Origin: an uncultured Dictyoglomota bacterium
Lineage (GTDB): Bacteria > Dictyoglomota > Dictyoglomia > Dictyoglomales > Dictyoglomaceae
DNA: 64,000 nucleotides
Direction: 5' to 3'
NCBI GenBank assembly: GCA_964654465.1
Contig: CAZZIO010000065.1
Location: 123,986-187,985 of the forward strand
Made by a program: the position numbers and the translations under genes. Below are positions 21,144 to 31,144 of the stretch, one piece after another (within the stretch, counting starts at the first letter, position 1; every line of letters begins with the position of its first letter). The notes beneath the pieces were generated by a model. It ran no database searches, had not been told where the DNA came from, and saw only the letters and a list, made by a program, of their open reading frames with translations.

Positions 21144-22958
21144 TTACTCTAACTCTTCCGCAAATTGGCTCATATATAGATTGTAATAAAATCCTTTCTT
21201 TCTTATAAGTTGCTCATGAGTACCTCTTTCAATTATCTCCCCATTATACACAACCAAGATCATATCAGCATTTCTAATAGTGGACAATCTATGGGCTATA
21301 ACAAAACTTGTCCTCCCTTTCATTAAGTTTAACATTGCATTCTGAATATACTTCTCTGTCATTGTATCTACATTACTAGTTGCTTCATCCAAGATCAATA
21401 TCTTAGGATTAGCAAGAATAGCTCTTGCAATAGCTATAAGCTGTCTTTGTCCTTGGCTTAGGCCTCCCCCATCTTCCGAGAGAATTGTATCATAACCTTG
21501 AGGTAATTTAATGATAAAATCATGAGCATGGGCAAGTTTAGCTGCTTCTATAACCTCTTCATCAGTAGCATCCAATCTTCCATATCTGATATTCTCTTTT
21601 ATAGATGTAGAAAAAAGAAGCGTATCTTGTAAAACAATTCCAAGATATGATCTTATATCCTTTCTTTTCATTCTTCTTATATCAATACCATCTATCAGAA
21701 TTTGTCCTTCATCTACATCATAAAATCTTGCTACTAAACTTGCAATTGTAGTTTTTCCAGCACCTGTAGGCCCCACAAGAGCTATCACTTTCCCTTCTTT
21801 AACATAAAAGCTTACATTTTTAATAACAGGATTACCTTTTACATAAGAAAACCAAACGTTTTTAAATTCAACTTCTCCTTTGATATCTTTTATCTCCATT
21901 ATATTGGGATCTTCTTTTTCTTCCTCTTCTTCAAGAACCTCAAAAATTCTTTCTGCACTGGCTATGGCTGATTGAATCATATTATATTGATTTGCAAGTT
22001 CATTAATAGGTCTTGTAAATTGTCTTGAATAATTGATAAATATAGTAATATCTCCTATAGATATCATCCTTTTAAAAGCAAAATAACCTCCAAATCCTGC
22101 AATTATTGCAAAACTTAAATTATTAAGAAGATTCATAAGTGGTCCAATTGAACCAGAAAAAACCTGAGCCCTTATTCCTACTTGAGTTAGTTCTTCATTT
22201 AAAGCCTCAAACCTTTTAATTTCCTTTTCTTCTCTATTAAATATTTTTATTACTTTTAAACCAGAAATATCCTCTTCTATCAAACCATTAAGTTTTCCTA
22301 AAAGAGTTTGGTTAGCATAAAAATAATTACGAGTTCTATGGGATATGAAGTTTGTTAACCAAATAGTTAAAGGAATGGTAATCAAACTAACAATTGTCAT
22401 AGGAATACTTATTCTTAGCATCATAAATATAATGCCAATTAAAGTCGTAATACTGGAAAAAAACTGTATCACACTATTAGAAAGAACCATGCTTATATTA
22501 TCTATATCGTTAGTAATTCTACTTATAATGTCCCCATAAGATCTTAAATCAAAAAACTTAATTGGTAGTCTATGAATTTTGCCAAAAAAATCCCTTCTCA
22601 TTTCATAAACCAAATTTTGAGTGGTTTTCAACATTACATAACCTTGAATCCATCCAAGAAAGGATAATAAAAGATAGATTCCACCGAGAACTAATAGAAA
22701 GCTAAGAAAACCATCAAATCTTTTAGGAATTATATAAGTATCAATACCCTTACCTATGAGATAAGGACCTACAATTCCCAATATGGAAGAAATAAATGTC
22801 AAAATAAAAACAAAAATAAATCCCCACTTAAATTTTTTCATATATTTAAAGAGCTTTCTTAAAGTACCCCATGGATCTTTAATTTCTACTTTCTCAAAAT
22901 TAAAATGTGGTCCTAATCTTCCAGGCCCACCAAATGGTCTTTCGCCTTCTCTACGCAT
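21144..22958 (-). CDS. ABC exporter subunit, TMD+NBD (TM288-like, consensus site)
   Basis: GPTGAGKT, LSQGQRQ, LILDEATS, AHRL. Confidence 0.92.
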   Translation of the reverse strand: MRREGERPFGGPGRLGPHFNFEKVEIKDPWGTLRKLFKYMKKFKWGFIFVFILTFISSILGIVGPYLIGKGIDTYIIPKRFDGFLSFLLVLGGIYLLLSFLGWIQGYVMLKTTQNLVYEMRRDFFGKIHRLPIKFFDLRSYGDIISRITNDIDNISMVLSNSVIQFFSSITTLIGIIFMMLRISIPMTIVSLITIPLTIWLTNFISHRTRNYFYANQTLLGKLNGLIEEDISGLKVIKIFNREEKEIKRFEALNEELTQVGIRAQVFSGSIGPLMNLLNNLSFAIIAGFGGYFAFKRMISIGDITIFINYSRQFTRPINELANQYNMIQSAIASAERIFEVLEEEEEKEDPNIMEIKDIKGEVEFKNVWFSYVKGNPVIKNVSFYVKEGKVIALVGPTGAGKTTIASLVARFYDVDEGQILIDGIDIRRMKRKDIRSYLGIVLQDTLLFSTSIKENIRYGRLDATDEEVIEAAKLAHAHDFIIKLPQGYDTILSEDGGGLSQGQRQLIAIARAILANPKILILDEATSNVDTMTEKYIQNAMLNLMKGRTSFVIAHRLSTIRNADMILVVYNGEIIERGTHEQLIRKKGFYYNLYMSQFAEELE

Positions 22959-24684
22959 ACCTCATTACCTCTTCATCTATCTGAGATTTATAAATTTCCC
23001 TATAAAAATTATTTTCTTTAAGTAATTCAGAATGAGAACCAAATCCTACTATTACTCCTTTATCAAGTACTATTATCTTATCTACATTCATCATAGTACT
23101 AATTCTCTGAGCCACAATAAAAGTAGTACAGTTTCTTATTATCTCTCTCACTCCATGGATAATCTTTTGCTCTGTAACAAAATCAACAGCACTAGTGGCA
23201 TCATCCAAAATCAGTATTTTAGGCTTTCTTACTAAAGCCCTTGCAATTGCAATTCTCTGTTTCTGACCTCCAGATAATGTAACTCCTCTCTCTCCTATAA
23301 CAGTGTCATAACCTTGAGGAAGTCTTATAATAAACTCATGGGCCTGGGCAATTTTTGCAGCATTAATTATTTCTTCCTCATTAGCATCCTCTCTTCCCCA
23401 ACATATATTCTCCCTTATAGTACCTGAAAAAAGTATAGTTTCTTGTGGAACCATGGATATAGCATCTCTAAGTATCTTAATATCCATATCTCTAATATCT
23501 TTTCCATCAATTAAGATTCTCCCTGAAGATATATCATAAAGTCTTGGGATAAGATTTACTAAAGTAGATTTACCAGAACCGGTTGTTCCAATTATCCCTA
23601 TAACCTCACCCGGATTTACCTCAAAATTAATATCTTTTAGTACATATTCCTCTTTATTAGAATAGCTAAAATAGACATGTTCAAATTTGATCTTGCCTTC
23701 ACTTATAGGGTTCTTATCTGCATTTTCTTTGCTTTGGATATCAATTTTCTCTTCCAAAACTTCTATAACCCTTGAAGCAGAAGCTGAAGCCCTTGATACA
23801 AACATTAAAATATTACCTATCATCATTAATGAGAACATAATCTGCCCTATATAGTTAATATATGCCATTACTTCCCCCACCTTCATACTTCCACGATTAA
23901 CCAAAAGACCCCCAAACCAAAGTAATCCTAATATACTGAAATTCATAACTAACATGAAAAGAGGCATAGCAATTATTAACAACATAACAGCTTTAATAAC
24001 TGCATTCATTAATAAAGAATTTGCATATCTAAATCTCTCTTTTTCATAATCTTCTCTTCTAAAAGCTCGCACCACCCTTATACCAACCAAATTTTCTCTT
24101 ACCACGTTATTCATATAATCTATTCTTTTCTGGATCTCACCAAAAAGAGGGAAACTTTTCTTCATAATAACTAAAAAGGTAAGGATTAATATGGGGATAG
24201 AAAACAAAAAAATGACTGATAAACTTTTATTAAGGGAAAGAGCCATTATAATACCACCTATAAAAAGAAGAGGAGCTCTAACCATAATTCTTAAAGACAT
24301 CATAACAAGAGTCTGAACTTGATTTACATCATTTGTTAATCTAGTTATCAAAGAAGAAGTATGAAATTTATCTATATTTTTAAAGGAAAATTTTTGTACT
24401 CTTTTGAATAATTCATTCCTTAGATCTCTACCAAAGTATTGGCTGGCTAAAGAGGAAAAAACTGTACAACCCACTCCACCTATCATTCCAATAAAAGCAA
24501 TACCAAGCATTATGAGTCCAGTATTTAGAATTAAAGAAAAATTATTTTTTAAAATACCATTATCTACAATGTGGGCAAGAAGAGTTGGTTGATAAAGATC
24601 ACATATCACCTCTATGAGCATAAAAATAGGGGCTAATATAGCAAAAAGAGTATAAGGCTTCAAATATTTTATAAGCTTCTTCAT
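22951..24684 (-). CDS. ABC exporter subunit, TMD+NBD (TM287-like, degenerate site)
   Basis: GTTGSGKS, LSGGQKQ, LILDDATS (catalytic E to D), AQRI (H to Q). Confidence 0.92.
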   Translation of the reverse strand: MKKLIKYLKPYTLFAILAPIFMLIEVICDLYQPTLLAHIVDNGILKNNFSLILNTGLIMLGIAFIGMIGGVGCTVFSSLASQYFGRDLRNELFKRVQKFSFKNIDKFHTSSLITRLTNDVNQVQTLVMMSLRIMVRAPLLFIGGIIMALSLNKSLSVIFLFSIPILILTFLVIMKKSFPLFGEIQKRIDYMNNVVRENLVGIRVVRAFRREDYEKERFRYANSLLMNAVIKAVMLLIIAMPLFMLVMNFSILGLLWFGGLLVNRGSMKVGEVMAYINYIGQIMFSLMMIGNILMFVSRASASASRVIEVLEEKIDIQSKENADKNPISEGKIKFEHVYFSYSNKEEYVLKDINFEVNPGEVIGIIGTTGSGKSTLVNLIPRLYDISSGRILIDGKDIRDMDIKILRDAISMVPQETILFSGTIRENICWGREDANEEEIINAAKIAQAHEFIIRLPQGYDTVIGERGVTLSGGQKQRIAIARALVRKPKILILDDATSAVDFVTEQKIIHGVREIIRNCTTFIVAQRISTMMNVDKIIVLDKGVIVGFGSHSELLKENNFYREIYKSQIDEEVMRYA

Positions 24685-24700
24685 TTACCAAATCCTCCTA

Positions 24701-25138
24701 TTATTCGTTTAACCTTCTTAGATTATCTATTACTCTCCTTAAAAAATTCATTAATTGATCCTTTTCCTCATCAGAAAAACCATTAAAACATTCCTCTTCC
24801 AATTGTCTATATATCTCTCTTAATCTACAAATAAATTTTTTTCCATCCTCAGTTAAATACACTTTCGTATATCTCTTATCTTTTTCATCCCTTTTACTTG
24901 AGACAAGACCTCTTTTTTTCATCCTTCTAAGAATTAGAGTGACGGTAGATGGCTTTATCTTTAATTCTTCTGCTATCTCCTTCTGAGTTAGGCCATTTTT
25001 TTCAGCCAAAAGAAGAAGAACAGGAGCTTGCCCCCTATAAACCTTTAGATCAGAAAGTAGCTTTTCTCTTCTCCTAAAATGCTCCTTTATTACACCTTTA
25101 AATAACCCATATAAAGACTCTTCTTTTCCATAAAACAT
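24701..25138 (-). CDS. MarR-family regulator
   Basis: LTQKEIAEEL..STVT..L.RM.K.GLV..RDEKDKR winged HTH. Confidence 0.9.
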   Translation of the reverse strand: MFYGKEESLYGLFKGVIKEHFRRREKLLSDLKVYRGQAPVLLLLAEKNGLTQKEIAEELKIKPSTVTLILRRMKKRGLVSSKRDEKDKRYTKVYLTEDGKKFICRLREIYRQLEEECFNGFSDEEKDQLMNFLRRVIDNLRRLNE

Positions 25139-25153
25139 ATATCCACTCCAATA

Positions 25154-25167
25154 ATTAGCTAACTAAT
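25154..25167. promoter_or_regulatory. Candidate MarR operator
   Basis: Palindrome ATTAG-ctaa-CTAAT just upstream of the marR SD. Confidence 0.4.
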
Positions 25168-25231
25168 AGTATATCAATTAAGTATATCCAATGTATATTT
25201 ATTTTGAAAACTAAAAAACATAGATTTTTTA

Positions 25232-26224
25232 TCATAAGCTAATTTCCTTACAACTATTCCTTACAACAAGCTCCGTAGCTATAATGACTTTTTTTGAATT
25301 TTTTCTATTTTTTTCTATCCTTTCTAACAATAAATTGATGGCTGTCTCAACTAAATCTTCAATAGGAATACTTATTGTAGTAAGAGGAGGATTCAAAAAT
25401 TTAGATATAGATATATTGTTAAAACCAACAATACTTATATCTTCAGGTATCTTTAATGAAGCTTCAAATAAAGCCCTATAAACACCTATAGCCATCGAAT
25501 CATTTGCCACAAAAATTGCTGTTGGATTTATATTATGTGCTAAAAGCTCCTTAGCAGCTTTATACCCTCCGTTAGGTGTATAATCTCCACGTTTTATATA
25601 ATTCTCATTTATAGATAATCCCTTTTCCTTCACATATTTTCTAAAATAATATTCTCTTTTATCCATTATATCGCCACCTATAAAACCTATCTCCCTATGG
25701 CCTAAAGAAAACAAATAATCAATAGCATCTTTCACAGCTTGTTTCATATTTATAATTACGCAGTCTATTACTGGATTCTCAACATAAGCATCTAAAACTA
25801 CAATATTAGAAGATTTGGTTAAAAGATTACTTAACTCTTCATTGTTAAGTACACCAATAATAGCTATTCCATTTATATCTTTTAAATCAATATTAAACAT
25901 ATCGTCTTTATGAATAGTTACAGTATCTATATTCATATATTTAGCAAGTTTTTCTAATATTACTCTTAGAGATAAATAATATAAATCTTGCATTTCTAAA
26001 TCTTCAGAAATAGTCCTTATTATCAATAATCTACTTGTCCTTTTTCTTTTTTTAGGTTTTACTTCATAATTTAACTCTTCAGCCACTTCAAATATTTTTC
26101 TTTTTAATTCACTTGAGACGTTAAAAGTTTCATCATAATTTAATACACGAGAAACAGTAGTAATTGAAACTCCTAACCTATTCGCTATATCTTTAATTGT
26201 TACGTTGTTTTTACTTCTTTTCAT
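25232..26224 (-). CDS. LacI-family regulator, EbgR/LacR-like
   Basis: TIKDIA..GVSITTVSRVLNYDETFNVS, ELNY, 'EDLEMQDLYYLSLR', ANDSMAIG, PPLTTI. Confidence 0.9.
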   Translation of the reverse strand: MKRSKNNVTIKDIANRLGVSITTVSRVLNYDETFNVSSELKRKIFEVAEELNYEVKPKKRKRTSRLLIIRTISEDLEMQDLYYLSLRVILEKLAKYMNIDTVTIHKDDMFNIDLKDINGIAIIGVLNNEELSNLLTKSSNIVVLDAYVENPVIDCVIINMKQAVKDAIDYLFSLGHREIGFIGGDIMDKREYYFRKYVKEKGLSINENYIKRGDYTPNGGYKAAKELLAHNINPTAIFVANDSMAIGVYRALFEASLKIPEDISIVGFNNISISKFLNPPLTTISIPIEDLVETAINLLLERIEKNRKNSKKVIIATELVVRNSCKEISL

Positions 26225-26313
26225 ATTAACTCTTTCCCCTTACCGACTTCCTATTAATGATATTACTAAATTCTTACTTTTTTCTCAACATAACCTAAAA
26301 TCCGACTTATTCC

Positions 26314-26363
26314 AAAATAATTTTACTAAAAATATTGACATTTTACTAAAATTATTTTAAACT
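26314..26363 (+). promoter_or_regulatory. Promoter of the sugar ABC operon with overlapping operator-like repeats
   Basis: TTGACA (26335-26340), 17 nt, TAAACT (26358-26363); TTTTACTAAAA direct repeats at 26321 and 26341; 12-bp inverted repeat AAAATAATTTTA (26314-26325) / TAAAATTATTTT (26347-26358). Confidence 0.7.
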
Positions 26364-26397
26364 ATTCTTAACATTACCTATAAAGGAGGTATATAAA

Positions 26398-27654
26398 ATG
26401 GCCTCTAAAGAAAAAAGATCATTACCCAAAACCTTATTTTCCCTTCTTATTTTTCTTTTATTCATTACTATTTCATCACCCCAAAAAATAACCACAATAA
26501 GATTTGCAACATGGGATACTGGAGAGCTTTTTCAAATTGAACAAGCTATAGCCAAAAATTTTGAAAAACTATATCCTAATATTAAGGTACAAGTAGAAAG
26601 TTATGGCGATAATTTTGATCAAAAACTTGCAGCATCCTTTGGGGCCAAAAACCCACCAGATGTTATGTATATGTGGGATTTCCCAACTTATGCTGAATCT
26701 CTTTTACCGTTAGATGATTTAATTAAAAATGAAAAAAACATAAATCTGAACGATTACTATCCTGCAGTTCTCAACTATTGTAAATATGAAAATAAATATT
26801 ATGGTCTACCTGTAGGATTCACAAGCCACGTAGTTTACTGGAATAAAGATTTATTCAAAAGAAATAATGTCCAACCCCCTTCTCCCAATTGGACCTGGGA
26901 TGAATTAATAGATAAAGCTAAAAAAATAACCAATCCTTCGCAAAAAATCTACGGTTTTGCCTTTCCTATTAGTCCAGATCCTTATGATTTTGAACAATTC
27001 TTATGGAGTAATGGAGGAAGATATTGTAGTTTAGATGGAAAAGAAATAGAAGGATATTTAAACAGCAAAGAAATGATAGAAACTTTAGCCCTATTTACTA
27101 AGATGTTAAGAGAAGGTATTGCTGTTCTAACTGGCACCCAACAAATACAATCTGGAGGCGATTTATTCAAGGCAGGAAAAGTTGGTATGTTAGAAAGTGG
27201 CATATGGCGTCTACCCGAATTTCAAGAAGCAAAATTAAACTTTGGAGTTCATATTCTCCCAGCCTTTAAAGGGAAAAAAGTAAAAAGTATATTAAATGTT
27301 TCTGCTATATCAATAGCAAAAGATTCTAAAAATATAAAAGAAGCATGGGAATTTGTCAAATATTACAGTTACAACAAAGATGCAATAAAAATGAGAAAAG
27401 GAGATTTACCCACAAGAAAAAGTGTCGCATCTGAAATGGGATTCTTAAAAGATCCATACTATCAACCATTCTATAAAATGGTTGAAGCCTCTAAAGACAC
27501 TGTACCTTCATTTAATCTCAATAGAAATATGAGAAAAGTATATGACGAATTAGCAGTAACAATAGAAAAGATATTCAGTGAACAAGCTGATGAAAATAAA
27601 ATTAAAGAATATTTAAATGAACTTGTTACTACATGTAAAAGATTTCTTAAGTAG
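26398..27654 (+). CDS. Sugar ABC transporter substrate-binding protein (CUT1)
   Basis: Signal peptide, FEKLYPNIKV, PPDV, YGLP, YWNKDLF, WTWDE, EAWEFVKY. Confidence 0.9.
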   Translation: MASKEKRSLPKTLFSLLIFLLFITISSPQKITTIRFATWDTGELFQIEQAIAKNFEKLYPNIKVQVESYGDNFDQKLAASFGAKNPPDVMYMWDFPTYAESLLPLDDLIKNEKNINLNDYYPAVLNYCKYENKYYGLPVGFTSHVVYWNKDLFKRNNVQPPSPNWTWDELIDKAKKITNPSQKIYGFAFPISPDPYDFEQFLWSNGGRYCSLDGKEIEGYLNSKEMIETLALFTKMLREGIAVLTGTQQIQSGGDLFKAGKVGMLESGIWRLPEFQEAKLNFGVHILPAFKGKKVKSILNVSAISIAKDSKNIKEAWEFVKYYSYNKDAIKMRKGDLPTRKSVASEMGFLKDPYYQPFYKMVEASKDTVPSFNLNRNMRKVYDELAVTIEKIFSEQADENKIKEYLNELVTTCKRFLK

Positions 27655-27673
27655 CTAAAGATAATATTAAGAA

Positions 27674-27708
27674 ATATGGGAGGAGATTTTGAAAGTCTCC
27701 TCCCATAT
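27674..27708 (+). promoter_or_regulatory. Intercistronic hairpin (mRNA stabiliser or partial terminator) after the SBP gene
   Basis: ATATGGGAGGAGA...TCTCCTCCCATAT perfect 13-bp stem with no U-tail. Confidence 0.7.
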
Positions 27709-27737
27709 CTCAGATAAAATGGAGGAAAAACAAAACC

Positions 27738-28610
27738 ATGAAATACAATAAATATATTCCATATCTTTTTATCCTTCCCTGGATAATAGGATTACTATCA
27801 TTCACTTTAGGGCCATTAATTTTCTCATGTATAATGAGCTTCTATGATTGGCCTATAGTAGGGAAAACCAATTTCATAGGTCTTAAAAATTATATAGACA
27901 TGTTTCAAGATCCACTATTTTACAATGCTCTTAAAGCAACATTTAGATATGTCTTACTTTATGTTCCTTTGAATACCATCTTTGCATTATTTTGTGCAAT
28001 ACTAATTAACCCAAAATTTAGACTTACATCTATGTTTAAAGTATTGTTTTTTCTTCCAACTATAGTTTCAGGAGTAGCTATAGCTATAGTATGGTCATGG
28101 ATCTATGATAAAGAATATGGAATTTTAAATTATTTTCTATCCTTATTGGGAATAAGTGGAATAAATTGGCTTGGGGATAGAAAATGGAGTATTGTTTCTT
28201 TGGTTATAGCCAGTTTATGGACTATGGGTAATACAATGCTTATATTTCTCGCTGCTCTTAAAAATGTTCCAATAGAATTATACGAAGCAGCTTATATAGA
28301 TGGAGCAACTAACTGGCAAAGATTTTTGAAAATCACTTTACCAATGATATCTCCTTCCATCCTTTTTAATTTAATAACGACCCTAATAAGCGCATTTCAA
28401 GTTCTAACATTAGCCCTATTGTTGACAGGTGGAGGTCCAGCAAGAAGCTCCTACGTATTTGCTATGTATGTATACCACAATGCTTTTAGATACTCTCAAT
28501 TAGGATACGCTGCTGCTAACGCTTGGTTTATGTTTATTATAATCTTTATTCTAACTATGATTTTATTTAAAACATCAAATTTATGGGTTTATTATGAGGC
28601 AGAATCATAA
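27738..28610 (+). CDS. Sugar ABC permease (MalF-like)
   Basis: YLFILPW, FIGLKNY, EAA motif ELYEAAYIDGA, GYAAA. Confidence 0.92.
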   Translation: MKYNKYIPYLFILPWIIGLLSFTLGPLIFSCIMSFYDWPIVGKTNFIGLKNYIDMFQDPLFYNALKATFRYVLLYVPLNTIFALFCAILINPKFRLTSMFKVLFFLPTIVSGVAIAIVWSWIYDKEYGILNYFLSLLGISGINWLGDRKWSIVSLVIASLWTMGNTMLIFLAALKNVPIELYEAAYIDGATNWQRFLKITLPMISPSILFNLITTLISAFQVLTLALLLTGGGPARSSYVFAMYVYHNAFRYSQLGYAAANAWFMFIIIFILTMILFKTSNLWVYYEAES

Positions 28611-28632
28611 ATAAAATAAAGGAGGTATTATT

Positions 28633-29457
28633 TTGAAAAGGTTGTTAGTTAGTTTAGGTTATTATATATTGATGATATTTCTATCAATATATTTTGTATT
28701 TCCTATAATTTGGATGATCATAAGCTCAGTAAAACCCTCAACTGAACTTTTTACTTATCCTCCTAAATTTATACCATCCTCATGGCATTTAGAAAATTTT
28801 AAAGAGGCCTGGAATGCACAACCATTTAATTTATATCTCAAAAACTCTTTACTCATTGTTATTTTCAATACTTTAGGTCAAATATTTTCATGCACACTCG
28901 TTGCCTATGGCTTTGCAAGATACAAATTTAAAGGAAGAGAACTTCTATTTACAATTCTATTGGCATCTATGATGATACCCTGGGATGTCACAATGATTCC
29001 TCAATATGTACTTTTCAAAGCCTTAAAATGGATAGACACTCTTAAACCCTTTATCATACCAGCATGGTTTGGAGGACCTTTCTATATTTTTCTTTTGAGA
29101 CAATTTCTATTGACCATACCAAAAGAATTAGAAGAAGCTGCTGCCATAGATGGTGCAAATCCATTACAAACATTTACAAAAATTTTCTTACCACTTATGA
29201 AGCCCGCTATAGCTATATTAGCCATTTTTAATTTTGTAACTTGTTGGAATGACTTTTTAGGACCTTTAATATTTATAAATAATCCTCAAAAATACACTCT
29301 TATGTTAGGTGTAGCTCAGTTTAGAGGATTACATCACATTGAAATAAACAAAATCATGGCAATAACAACCATTGTATCATTACCACCATTGCTATGTTAT
29401 ATTTTGGCACAAAAATACTTTACTGAGGGAATTGCAAGTGTAGGAATAAAGAGGTGA
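28633..29457 (+). CDS. Sugar ABC permease (MalG-like)
   Basis: AYGFARY, FLLRQF, ELEEAAAIDGA, WNDFLGP; TTG start after GGAGGT. Confidence 0.92.
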   Translation: MKRLLVSLGYYILMIFLSIYFVFPIIWMIISSVKPSTELFTYPPKFIPSSWHLENFKEAWNAQPFNLYLKNSLLIVIFNTLGQIFSCTLVAYGFARYKFKGRELLFTILLASMMIPWDVTMIPQYVLFKALKWIDTLKPFIIPAWFGGPFYIFLLRQFLLTIPKELEEAAAIDGANPLQTFTKIFLPLMKPAIAILAIFNFVTCWNDFLGPLIFINNPQKYTLMLGVAQFRGLHHIEINKIMAITTIVSLPPLLCYILAQKYFTEGIASVGIKR

Positions 29458-29461
29458 TTTA

Positions 29462-31144
29462 ATGATAAAAAGCAAATATGAATTAAGTAAGATACCATTT
29501 ACAAGAAGAGGATCTTATATAAGAATTTTACTTGATAAAGATGACAATATTTTAATCGGACATCTAACAGGTGGGGATGATGTTGAAAAAGAGATTATAA
29601 AAATCATTGTTAATGAAAAGATAAAAGATATTTCTATGTTACCGTATTTACTAAAGATAGAATACAAAGTTGGAGAATTATATATCTCTTTTAGTAATCC
29701 CAACATCTTAAAGATAAAAACTTACAAACTTCCTATTAAATTGGAATTTTTAACAAAAAGCTACGACTATGTAATTGAAAGAAACAATTCTTTAATAGAG
29801 TTTAATTGTTCTCATAGGAACAATTTATTTCTGTTTATAAAAATTGAAGAGGGAGAATACAAACTAATAAATAAATGGAATGGATTAAGAACAGAATATT
29901 CCATCCTCTCTATTACACCTATCAGAGAAAGTTGTGAATTAGCTGTTTTAGATTTTAAATGTGAAAATCCCCAATATACTATACCTTCCTTCGATGAGTC
30001 TGTAAACAAAACAAGAAAAGAATTTGAAGACTTTTCTTCGAAATTTAAGATAAGTAATAACAATTTTCAAATAACCTTAGCAAAATATATTCTTTGGGCA
30101 AATACAGTATCACCCAGAGGATTAATAAAATACGAAGGATATTTCTCTTCAAAAAATAAAATGACAAATATATGGAGTTGGGATGTATTGTTTACAATAA
30201 TTCCAATTATAGAAAAATTTCCAGATTTAAGTTTTGATAATCTAAGAATTTTCTTCTCTATTCAGGGAGAAGATGGATTAATACCAGATTTTATAAACGA
30301 CATATACTTTCATGAAAACTTCTGTAAACCCCCCATTATTGGATATATTTTTAAATACTTCCTAAAAAATAATCTTATAGCTTATGAAGATTTAAAAGAA
30401 TTCTATGAACCTCTTAAGAGTTGGGGATTTTGGTGGTTAAATCACAGAGATGATGATAAAGACTTTCTTATTCAATATAATCATGGGAATGAAAGTGGTT
30501 GGGATAATTCAACAGTTTTCAAAAAAACTATACCTGTTGAATCTCCTGATTTAAATTCATATCTTATTATTCTATTTGATCTTCTATCTGATATGGCTCA
30601 AAAATTAAAAAGATATAATGATTACGTAAATTTTAAAGAAATTTCAGAAAAGTTATTTGACAAATTAATAAAATTATGGAATCAAAATGAATTTATTGTT
30701 TTTGATCAGAAACACAATATTGTAAACTGCAATAGCTTACAAAAATATATTCCTCTAATACTCACTAATAAACTTCCACTTAACATTATTGAAAAAATAA
30801 TCATTAATATCCAGAAAAGATTTATTACCCAACATGGTCTTACCACAGAAGCAATAGATAGTCCAGATTTTGACCCAAAAGGATACTGGAGAGGCCCTAT
30901 TTGGGGTCCCACCACATTTCTACTTACTTCTTCATTAGAAGATTTAAGCTTTAAAGAATTTTCTACAGATATTAAAACTAAATTTATAAAATTAGTTTTA
31001 AATAGCTATTTTAATGAAAATTTTGATCCAATAACAGGAGAAGGATTATGTGACACTGGATTTAGCTGGACTAGTAGTATATTTTTAAAATTCTTAGAAG
31101 AAATAGAAAAGGAGGGAATCTATGAAACTCTGGGAAAACTATAA
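29462..31144 (+). CDS. GH63/MGH1-like (alpha/alpha)6 glycoside hydrolase
   Basis: WSWD, KPPI, HGNESGWDNS, YWRGPIW, ENFDPITGEG, FSWTS. Confidence 0.8.
   Translation: MIKSKYELSKIPFTRRGSYIRILLDKDDNILIGHLTGGDDVEKEIIKIIVNEKIKDISMLPYLLKIEYKVGELYISFSNPNILKIKTYKLPIKLEFLTKSYDYVIERNNSLIEFNCSHRNNLFLFIKIEEGEYKLINKWNGLRTEYSILSITPIRESCELAVLDFKCENPQYTIPSFDESVNKTRKEFEDFSSKFKISNNNFQITLAKYILWANTVSPRGLIKYEGYFSSKNKMTNIWSWDVLFTIIPIIEKFPDLSFDNLRIFFSIQGEDGLIPDFINDIYFHENFCKPPIIGYIFKYFLKNNLIAYEDLKEFYEPLKSWGFWWLNHRDDDKDFLIQYNHGNESGWDNSTVFKKTIPVESPDLNSYLIILFDLLSDMAQKLKRYNDYVNFKEISEKLFDKLIKLWNQNEFIVFDQKHNIVNCNSLQKYIPLILTNKLPLNIIEKIIINIQKRFITQHGLTTEAIDSPDFDPKGYWRGPIWGPTTFLLTSSLEDLSFKEFSTDIKTKFIKLVLNSYFNENFDPITGEGLCDTGFSWTSSIFLKFLEEIEKEGIYETLGKL

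Noticed and set aside
26375-26390. TACCTATAAAGG resembling the CRISPR repeat core
   Set aside because: Short match that runs into the SD (AAGGAGGT) of the SBP gene; no flanking repeat similarity.
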